Positions 1 through 10,421 of a stretch of DNA of 64,000 bases are shown piece after piece. The stretch covers positions 44,826,001 to 44,890,000 of the forward strand of contig NW_026889778.1 in the NCBI RefSeq assembly GCF_033153115.1, in the 5' to 3' direction. The DNA comes from Saccostrea echinata (taxonomy: Eukaryota). The position numbers were made by a program, and so were the translations under genes. The notes beneath the pieces are model-generated. The model was given only the letters and a program-made list of their open reading frames with translations. It had not been told where the DNA came from and searched no databases. The first letter of the stretch is position 1. Each line of letters starts with the position of its first letter.

Positions 1-37
1 AATAAATACCGTTGTTGCCGAATGATAATTAAAACGT

Positions 38-53
38 GGGTGGGTGGGTGGGG
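38..53 (+). other. G-quadruplex-forming motif GGGTGGGTGGGTGGGG (recurs in every unit)
   Basis: Four G3+ runs with single-T loops seen directly. Confidence 0.7.
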
Positions 54-826
54 ATTAAGTTATTCAAAGGAAAGGGGTGTGACAGATAACACCGAAATAA
101 TACAAAATGTAGAAGCTGAATGAAACTTTTGATTCTCATTCATTTATGATATCTAGTTATAGATGTGATCATTTATTTGATTTCCTCTTTTCTCAGTTAA
201 TTTTCAAAGGCAACTTTAAGCAGTGACCAAACCGGCTTTATAAATGAGCCTTTTTCATTTTATTACACGCCACGTTAGAACGAATATCGTTATATTTGAC
301 GTTGTTTAGAAATCAATAAAAATCATACTTTGAATATAAATGAAATACGGAATTGCAGTTCTGAAATGCATGTACTCGCATATGTGCATAGCTGTAGAAC
401 TAATGAGATAAAGTTGTAATACTGTTATTATTTTTTGCTTCGACACATTCCATCATATTCTATTTAAATAATTGTGCTATTTTCTAATTTATTTCGCAAA
501 ATTCTTGAATGTATTCTAGAGGGGCAGGTTGATGGACTTGTACAAAATATAGTTTCAAGATGTGTAGACAACTTCTACAACAAATTGATGATGACAATAG
601 TACTATGAAATTGTCTAGCATTGTGCTCTTTCATAATTTATGTAATTATATATATGCAAGGCACAGATATATTCACTGAAGGATGTATTGTGTCTCAACA
701 TTTTTTTTTTTTTTTTTTTTTTTTTTTTCCAATTTGGGGGCATTGTTCGCTGAATTTGATAAAATTTATTAATTTCGGCCAAATAATTCAACATTATTTT
801 CAGAGATGTTTCAACGTCTGAACAGA

Positions 827-867
827 AGGCATCTTTTCGAAGAATGTAGGTGGCCGTGAAAACGGCC
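827..867 (-). terminator. H3 3' processing signal: stem-loop GGCCGTTTTCACGGCC (852-867) plus downstream element GAAAAGATGCCT (827-838)
   Basis: 6-bp stem and 4-nt loop 32 nt after the stop codon; purine-rich element 13 nt further downstream. Confidence 0.93.
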
Positions 868-899
868 GTTTGCTTTAGGACTTGAAATACAGCTTAAAA

Positions 900-1319
<420 letters not shown>

Positions 1320-1334
1320 TCAGATTATTCAAAC

Positions 1335-1489
1335 TCGAATGAATGAAGTGGCAGTGTTGCGCCATGAACTTATATATCTTTGTAAGCTCAAGTTGAAAAT
1401 CGCTGCGGTCTACCAGTCGGCTTAGTCGATTGGCTGGTGCCCGCAGTAACACTCGCTACGATTAGTCAGGTGAACGAGATGACCATTGG
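1335..1489 (-). promoter_or_regulatory. H3 promoter: TCATTCATTC cap motif, TATATAA (1370-1376), CCAAT (1429-1433, 1485-1489), CTAAT (1461-1465)
   Basis: Motifs read on the minus strand upstream of the ATG. Confidence 0.75.
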
Positions 1490-1885
1490 CTACGTCTGTA
1501 GGTAGTTTCAATCCACAGAATTGCCCCAAAAGAAAAAGAAAATCAAGTCGGTTTTTGACACATGATTTCACTGCAGATACATATAGTCAAATATTTTTTT
1601 TTTAAATATATATATGGTGAATAATGGGGATGAATGTAACGTCAATTGAATAGAAAATAGAATTATTTATTATATATATATACATATATTTTCAATTCGT
1701 TATTGAAGCAAAATGCATTTTCGAAAAATATATATTATATATTTCTTGTCATTATTTCCTCCTACCATTATCTGAACAAGCCCAGTAATATTACTAAGTA
1801 TCATGATACTTGCAGATAATCAGAATGGTGCATATAGGATGAACAGGAATTACCCTGTTGCAAAAACAAGAACAAAACAAATAAT

Positions 1886-1975
1886 ACAAATAAATGAATA
1901 ATTAATTAAATGAATGAATAATTAAATAAATGAATGAATGAATAAATGAAAAGAATAAATAAATGAAACGAATAA
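1886..1975. repeat. Degenerate (GAAT/AAAT)n low-complexity tract
   Basis: aaatgaatgaatgaataaatgaa... seen directly. Confidence 0.75.
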
Positions 1976-2039
1976 GAATGTATGTATCTGTCTTTCAATA
2001 GGTACGCATGAACTTTTATTCCATTCGTTCCACATTTGA

Positions 2040-2218
2040 NNNNNNNNNNNNNNNNNNNNNNNNNNNNNNNNNNNNNNNNNNNNNNNNNNNNNNNNNNNNN
2101 NNNNNNNNNNNNNNNNNNNNNNNNNNNNNNNNNNNNNNNNNNNNNNNNNNNNNNNNNNNNNNNNNNNNNNNNNNNNNNNNNNNNNNNNNNNNNNNNNNNN
2201 NNNNNNNNNNNNNNNNNN
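2040..2218. other. Hard-masked block (179 N)
   Basis: N run with the same flanks (cacatttga / taataataatgg) in all units. Confidence 0.95.
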
Positions 2219-2468
2219 TAATAATAATGGCCATATAGTTTGCGTAGGCGTTGTGATGTGGAAAAAGTAAAATTTTATTTACTTGAGGGAGGGTATGTAA
2301 ACAAAATAAAAACTGACTTTTGTTTCTTCTTCTTCTCAGAAACAGCATGTTAATATTATCATGACTTTGTAATTTGCTTCCAGTCGAAGACAAATAAACT
2401 ATGTGTAATAGGTAAGTGTACTTCTTGTTTATTCATTTTGTGTTTCCATTAGTACATGTATGTAATAG

Positions 2469-2509
2469 AGGCATCTTTTCTAAAAATGTTGGTAGCCCTG
2501 AAAAGGGCT
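2469..2509 (-). terminator. H1 3' processing signal: stem-loop AGCCCTTTTCAGGGCT (2494-2509) plus GAAAAGATGCCT (2469-2480)
   Basis: Stem-loop 29 nt after the stop codon; element 13 nt downstream. Confidence 0.93.
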
Positions 2510-2538
2510 TTTGTAATTGGTTTAAGACAATTGGCAGC

Positions 2539-3126
2539 CTACGCCTTGGTGGCTTTCTTTGGGGTTTTTGACTTCTTGGCTGTGGCTTTCTTGGGCGCTT
2601 TGGTTTTCGTAGGCTTTGGAGCTGCCTTGGCTTTCTTGGGAGACTTAGTAGCTGCTTTCTTCTTGGGAGACTCGGCCTTCTTGGGTGCTGCAGGTTTCTT
2701 AACAGCCTTTTTCTTTTCTGTTGGCTTTTTCTCCCCGGTTGTCTTCTTGGGTTTGGTCGTTTTCTTGGGCTTGGCAGCCTTAGGTTTGGTGACTTTTTTG
2801 GTCTTGGGTTTCTTCTCCGTCTTGGGCTTCTCTCCCAGCTTGAAGGAACCACTGGCACCTGTACCCTTGGCCTGTTTGAGAACTCCCTTCTTGACTCCGT
2901 TCTTGAGGGCCATCTTCAGATGGGTGTTGACACTAGAGGCGTCATTACCGACTTTGTAGTTGCCCATGATGTACTTGAGAATAGCTTGTCTCGAGGAACC
3001 TCCGCGCTCCTTCAGGGCAGCCACAGCAGCGCTGATCATCTCGATGTACTTGGGATGGGCGGGGACCGTCTTGGGTTTGGAAACCTTCTTCTTGGCGGGG
3101 GATTTTGCTGGTGCGGCGTCTGCCAT
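2539..3126 (-). CDS. H1: Linker histone H1 (195 aa)
   Basis: HPKY..MI..A..ALKERGGSSRQAI...KQAKGTGASGSFKL globular domain; K/P/A-rich tail with S/TPKK motifs. Confidence 0.98.
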   Translation of the reverse strand: MADAAPAKSPAKKKVSKPKTVPAHPKYIEMISAAVAALKERGGSSRQAILKYIMGNYKVGNDASSVNTHLKMALKNGVKKGVLKQAKGTGASGSFKLGEKPKTEKKPKTKKVTKPKAAKPKKTTKPKKTTGEKKPTEKKKAVKKPAAPKKAESPKKKAATKSPKKAKAAPKPTKTKAPKKATAKKSKTPKKATKA

Positions 3127-3180
3127 AATTTTTTTGTCCTGTTTTCTACAACTGATGTGAACGACGTTATCGACGATAAG

Positions 3181-3299
3181 GAAATGAATGAAATCACCTC
3201 CGCCGATGGCCTTATTTGAGTGGCGGCGAGCGCGGACCTCCGTGAAAACTCCCCAATTGTCGACAGCGTAGAGGATTGAACTCGTCCAACTTTGTGTTT
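3181..3299 (-). promoter_or_regulatory. H1 promoter: TCATTCATT cap motif, CAAATAA TATA-like (3212-3218), GAGGTCCG H4-box-like (3233-3240), H1/AC box AAACACA (3293-3299)
   Basis: Motifs read on the minus strand; AAACACA is the established H1 box. Confidence 0.75.
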
Positions 3300-3697
3300 C
3301 AATACCTGTAATTTTTCCGATATTGTCCTCCCAATTTTACTTAATTTTCTCAAATATGTCACTGTGCGTTTTCTTGAAATATTTTCCTACATAACTGTTT
3401 CCGTTTAAGGTTCTTAATCTGTCATTTTAAAGGAGGAATTGTCTGTTGATTCTGAAAATGCGCTGTTCCCTGGAGCCCAGAAGCGACTAATTTTGATTAA
3501 AACACGAAAACAAGAGGAATAGAACACGAGTAAGGGATTGAAGTACTTACTACATTGCTATGCGATAAAACATACATGTACATTTCTTTCAATTGTCTTA
3601 TATGTTACTTAAAATCCGAATGAAAATGCAAACATTCGGCACAAACACGCGCACAATGGATAGTGATGTGTGCCTTGCATTTCATATGAAATGGAGA

Positions 3698-3757
3698 GAA
3701 AAAAAACAAAACAAAAACAAAACAACAAAAAAAAAACAAACAAACAAACAAACAAAA
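3698..3757. repeat. (CAAA)n / A-rich microsatellite
   Basis: aaaacaaaacaaaaacaaaacaac...caaacaaacaaac seen directly. Confidence 0.85.
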
Positions 3758-3906
3758 GGGTCATATGAAGAGAAATCACGGAATCTCACAAATTGTTGAA
3801 TGTTCAAATATATATCTAATATACTTTCTAGATCAGTGGATGTTCACCCCCTTAAAGGGACAACATATAATTTCTTTTCGAATATTTAAATACATGACAC
3901 CTACTT

Positions 3907-4001
3907 TATAATTATAACACCGAGGACACCGGGAAGATCCAGACCGTACGTAACGTACCACATTCGGTGGTACAACGTCTGAATTTCTCAGTATAATTAT
4001 A
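3907..4001. mobile_element. Putative MITE-like hairpin insertion (75 bp) flanked by a TATAATTATA direct repeat
   Basis: 10-bp direct repeat at 3907-3916 and 3992-4001; internal inverted repeats CAGAC/GTCTG and GTACCAC/GTGGTAC. Confidence 0.35.
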
Positions 4002-5227
4002 TCATAAGAATATACATAACTGACATCCTTGTAAATTACATGAAAAAAAAAAAATCACATAAAAAGGGCGTGTATTTAATAATTGTAGAACACTCACTTA
4101 ATTAGTAGTTATACATAAGAGAGAGACAGAGAGAGACGAACAAGGCGAATCATGGGAGTAGCTTATTCATTGATATTAATTTGTTTCTTGTAATTTACAC
4201 ACACAAATAATTGAGTACATGTAAATAAACAGAATGTGGTCAAAAGCCAATGTATTTAAAATCTATATCTTTCAAGTTGAACAAGACAACCAGTATATAA
4301 TACAAGACAATACAATACATTGATACAAGCATCAAATTGGTTGCACACTTTCCACGTGCAGATCATGATTCCCTGCATCTATATGTCACGTGACGATGCA
4401 GATGTGCTGCACGGCGCAGTGATGGACATCGCAATAAATGTAAAGTGTTAAAAAAAATGTCGTTTAGTCATTCGCATCGGTAGTCTATTCGAAAGAAAAT
4501 TTACTACCAGTGTTTAATTGTGTTAGTACTGTAAGTATCCGGAAACTGGCATCGAGTTGCTTTTATTCACTCTTATTATGGGAAGCACACTTTTTTGAAT
4601 AAGAACATTCAAGACATAATATAAACCACATCTTCTTATTCTTATGAGATTCTTATATTCATCACTTTTATCTATTTTATCAATTAGGAATTTTGTCTAA
4701 ATAATCATCATATAAAACAATAGCGAGGGGGAAAAAAAAAAGAAGAAGAAACATTAAGGATTTAACTGGAGTTACAGATCTTTTGAATATGTTAATAAAA
4801 TAATGATCATATTTAAAAATATTTGTATTAAAGGAAAAAATTGAAAGTTAGATCGCCATGTTAGATGATTTCCGCAGTTTCTAGTCTTAATTGGTCAATG
4901 AAATGGGTTTTTTTTTTCTTTTCTTATCTCTTTGTTGAGTGAGCATTCAAGTAATAAGTGAGAATTCAACATTTGTACGCAGGCCTATAAGGTTTGGATT
5001 CAACTGCCTATAACGAGAAAGAAAAAACGTACATATACGAATATACATGCGAGTCAATTTTTAAATTTATTGCTTTTGTTATTGACTTAATACATTTATT
5101 TATCATTAAATATATAACACTTTCTTTGATGTTTGATCTCTGTTCTGTGTTGAAAATTATTGAATTCGTGTGTTTCTATTATTTTCTAGCTATAATAATT
5201 GTTTACGTTTCAACTCGTTTGTAATGT

Positions 5228-5268
5228 AGGTATCTTTTCGAAAAGCTTATGTGGCCGTGAAAACGGCC
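5228..5268 (-). terminator. H2A 3' processing signal: stem-loop GGCCGTTTTCACGGCC (5253-5268) plus GAAAAGATACCT (5228-5239)
   Basis: Seen directly; 13-nt spacing. Confidence 0.93.
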
Positions 5269-5309
5269 GTTTGGTTTTGTGCTGCACACAACACAACTAT
5301 AGGATCTTT

Positions 5310-5942
<633 letters not shown>

Positions 5943-6314
5943 ATGCCACCCAAAGTCGGATCCAAAGGCGCCAAGAAAGCAGTCACCAAGGCCAAGACAC
6001 CGAGGAGCACAGACAAGAAAAGGAGGAAGAGGAGGAGGGAATCTTATGCCATTTACATCTACAAAGTCCTAAAGCAGGTGCACCCTGACACTGGTGTTTC
6101 CAGCAAGGCCATGAGCATAATGAACTCCTTCGTCAACGATATCTTTGAGAGAATCGCTGCCGAAGCCTCTCGTTTGGCCCACTACAACAAGCGATCTACA
6201 ATCACAAGCAGAGAGGTCCAGACTGCTGTCCGTCTCCTTCTGCCCGGTGAACTGGCCAAGCACGCCGTATCTGAGGGCACCAAAGCCGTCACCAAGTACA
6301 CCAGCAGCAAATAA
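5943..6314 (+). CDS. H2B: Histone H2B (123 aa; true ATG at 5943, not the upstream TTG)
   Basis: [13 protein letters not shown]...[19 protein letters not shown]...AVTKYTSSK. Confidence 0.99.
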   Translation: MPPKVGSKGAKKAVTKAKTPRSTDKKRRKRRRESYAIYIYKVLKQVHPDTGVSSKAMSIMNSFVNDIFERIAAEASRLAHYNKRSTITSREVQTAVRLLLPGELAKHAVSEGTKAVTKYTSSK

Positions 6315-6342
6315 TCTCATTTTGCAAGTACACACACCAAAC

Positions 6343-6383
6343 GGCCCTTTTAAGGGCCAACTAATTTTTTAGAAAAGATACCT
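6343..6383 (+). terminator. H2B 3' processing signal: stem-loop GGCCCTTTTAAGGGCC (6343-6358) plus GAAAAGATACCT (6372-6383)
   Basis: Canonical-type stem-loop; 13-nt spacing. Confidence 0.95.
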
Positions 6384-7290
6384 TCATATTACATGCGTTA
6401 TTGAGACACAAATAATATGTACGAGTGTTACAATGTGAATGCATGTGCTCGTAAAAGTGGCAAACGTATAAAAATCCCACATTGTTTACAACTGATTATA
6501 ATAACAGAAGTAGGATAAATAAAGAAATACAAGTAGGTATTATTATATGAATGAGAGCCAAATTTTATTCACAAATAACTTGAATGTACAACCAAGCATA
6601 TATCTGAAATAACTGTATCTTCAAATATAAATAAAATACAAGCATGCGAGGTCCATCTGATGTACACAAAATCCTGGTTCATTTGTCCTCTGTATACTGA
6701 ATTAATTATCAGCGTACATTATATAATTGATAATAAAGTATCTCAATTCAGCTAATATCAATGAAACAGATAAATAAATTCAAGACCCCCCCCCCTCCCC
6801 TTTCTTTGACATTGACATATTGGAATTTTCAATCAGTAATTATACATCAATAAAAGTGCAATGACCAAAATGCGATAATTATACATTGACAATTAATTGT
6901 CTAACATTAGTCATAATTGTTAAACAAGAAAAAAAAGCATGTCACTCAGCGCCAGTTGGTACCTGTCATTGTCGGTAGATCGATCCCTCAAAATAATACT
7001 CAAGACAGCAGCATTATTATTTTAATATATGATTATAATAATAAAAAAAAATTAAATAATATATACTGTTTGTGTGTGTTTATTCAATATTTCTTGTCCA
7101 AACCTAAATTCAATACATATTTGTTGCTCTGTATATAGTTTTGAGGAAATATTACGACATAAAGGGTCTTACTCTGTTATTGTTGTGTATTTATTTTACC
7201 ACTTACAACCATTCTGTATTCAACTTTGTACAGTGAATATCTGTATAACAAGTACTCAGTAAGTAAATGTCTGTCTTAACGATGTTTTAG

Positions 7291-7331
7291 AGGCATCTTT
7301 TCGAAAAATTTGGGTGGCCGTGATAACGGCC
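7291..7331 (-). terminator. H4 3' processing signal: stem-loop GGCCGTTATCACGGCC (7316-7331) plus GAAAAGATGCCT (7291-7302)
   Basis: Seen directly; 13-nt spacing. Confidence 0.92.
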
Positions 7332-7378
7332 GTTTGTGTTTGTTTTAAACTTCTGTCTTGACTGTCAAACTGAATTCT

Positions 7379-7699
<321 letters not shown>

Positions 7700-7747
7700 T
7701 CAGTCAGTAGTACTGTTCTGATGAACTGATCATGCGTAATTGCCTAA

Positions 7748-7841
7748 TTTATAGTCCAAATTGAGGACCCGTGAGAGCGCACGATGCTTTGAAAAGTTCG
7801 GAACGTTACCAAAGCGGTATTGTGACAAGCTTTACGATTGG
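7748..7841 (-). promoter_or_regulatory. H4 promoter: TATAAA (7748-7753), GGTCC site II-like (7765-7769), CCAAT (7837-7841)
   Basis: Motifs on the minus strand upstream of the ATG. Confidence 0.75.
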
Positions 7842-9104
7842 TCAGCTTGGCATGATGGGAATGTTTACATTTCTTGCCCCACAGGAATTTTAACCACATT
7901 TAATTAATTTTGATTCTTTAATTTCTTCACATATAGGCAAGTTTATGTTCAATTTATTCACCTAAACCAAAATATTGGTACGTGGAGGTACATATATACA
8001 TTTTATACAAACTGGTATACAAAACAACAACAAAAAAAAAAAAAAAAAAAACATGACAGAAAATGAATAAAAATGATAAAGAGAGAGAGGGGAATTATAT
8101 CAAGCAGGACAGACAGCATCATAATTTTTTAGGATAAACATACACAATTTTTTGTTTTGTTGTTGTTATTTTTTTTATTTCAGTATTTTTTGCTTTGAGT
8201 TTAACAAAATAAATACCGTTGTTGCCGAATGATAATTAAAACGTGGGTGGGTGGGTGGGGATTAAGTTATTCAAAGGAAAGGGGTGTGACAGATAACACC
8301 GAAATAATACAAAATGTAGAAGCTGAATGAAACTTTTGATTCTCATTCATTTATGATATCTAGTTATAGATGTGATCATTTATTTGATTTCCTCTTTTCT
8401 CAGTTAATTTTCAAAGGCAACTTTAAGCAGTGACCAAACCGGCTTTATAAATGAGCCTTTTTCATTTTATTACACGCCACGTTAGAACGAATATCGTTAT
8501 ATTTGACGTTGTTTAGAAATCAATAAAAATCATACTTTGAATATAAATGAAATACGGAATTGCAGTTCTGAAATGCATGTACTCGCATATGTGCATAGCT
8601 GTAGAACTAATGAGATAAAGTTGTAATACTGTTATTATTTTTTGCTTCGACACATTCCATCATATTCTATTTAAATAATTGTGCTATTTTCTAATTTATT
8701 TCGCAAAATTCTTGAATGTATTCTAGAGGGGCAGGTTGATGGACTTGTACAAAATATAGTTTCAAGATGTGTAGACAACTTCTACAACAAATTGATGATG
8801 ACAATAGTACTATGAAATTGTCTAGCATTGTGCTCTTTCATAATTTATGTAATTATATATATGCAAGGCACAGATATATTCACTGAAGGATGTATTGTGT
8901 CTCAACATTTTTTTTTTTTTTTTTTTTTTTTTTCCAATTTGGGGGCATTGTTCGCTGAATTTGATAAAATTTATTAATTTCGGCCAAATAATTCAACTTT
9001 ATTTTCAGAGATGTTTCAACGTCTGAACAGAAGGCATCTTTTCGAAGAATGTAGGTGGCCGTGAAAACGGCCGTTTGCTTTAGGACTTGAAATACAGCTT
9101 AAAA

Positions 9105-9524
<420 letters not shown>

Positions 9525-10244
9525 TCAGATTATTCAAACTCGAATGAATGAAGTGGCAGTGTTGCGCCGTGAACTTATATATCTTTGTAAGCTCAAGTTG
9601 AAAATCGCTGCGGTCTACCAGTCGGCTTAGTCGATTGGCTGGTGCCCGCAGTAACACTCGCTACGATTAGTCAGGTGAACGAGATGACCATTGGCTACGT
9701 CTGTAGGTAGTTTCAATCCACAGAATTGCCCCAAAAGAAAAAGAAAATCAAGTCGGTTTTTGACACATGATTTCACTGCAGATACATATAGTCAAATATT
9801 TTTTTTTTAAATATATATATGGTGAATAATGGGGATGAATGTAACGTCAATTGAATAGAAAATAGAATTATTTATTATATATATATACATATATTTTCAA
9901 TTCGTTATTGAAGCAAAATGCATTTTCGAAAAATATATATTATATATTTCTTGTCATTATTTCCTCCTACCATTATCTGAACAAGCCCAGTAATATTACT
10001 AAGTATCATGATACTTGCAGATAATCAGAATGGTGCATATAGGATGAACAGGAATTACCCTGTTGCAAAAACAAGAACAAAACAAATAATACAAATAAAT
10101 GAATAATTAATTAAATGAATGAATAATTAAATAAATGAATGAATGAATAAATGAAAAGAATAAATAAATGAAACGAATAAGAATGTATGTATCTGTCTTT
10201 CAATAGGTACGCATGAACTTTTATTCCATTCGTTCCACATTTGA

Positions 10245-10421
10245 NNNNNNNNNNNNNNNNNNNNNNNNNNNNNNNNNNNNNNNNNNNNNNNNNNNNNNNN
10301 NNNNNNNNNNNNNNNNNNNNNNNNNNNNNNNNNNNNNNNNNNNNNNNNNNNNNNNNNNNNNNNNNNNNNNNNNNNNNNNNNNNNNNNNNNNNNNNNNNNN
10401 NNNNNNNNNNNNNNNNNNNNN
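10245..10421. other. Hard-masked block (177 N)
   Basis: N run with the same flanks as unit 1. Confidence 0.95.

Noticed and set aside
608-628. AAATTGTCTAG resembling a U7 Sm site
   Set aside because: The upstream sequence is not complementary to the HDE and there is no substantial 3' hairpin
2456-2959. Long antisense or alternate-frame ORFs over H1, H2A, H2B, H3 and H4 (e.g. 167, 164, 141, 123 aa)
   Set aside because: Shadows of biased histone codon usage; many start at non-ATG codons and none has a recognisable domain
4267-4280. ATCTTTCAAGTT resembling a sea-urchin U7 5' end
   Set aside because: No Sm site or terminal hairpin follows, and it matches the local HDE poorly
3593-5224. Short AT-rich spacer ORFs (60-90 aa), including ORFs running through N blocks elsewhere
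   Set aside because: Low complexity; frames open and close with homopolymer length between units
7718-7740. CTGATGA hammerhead-like core upstream of H4
   Set aside because: No correctly placed GAAA or stems; it lies in the antisense of the H4 leader
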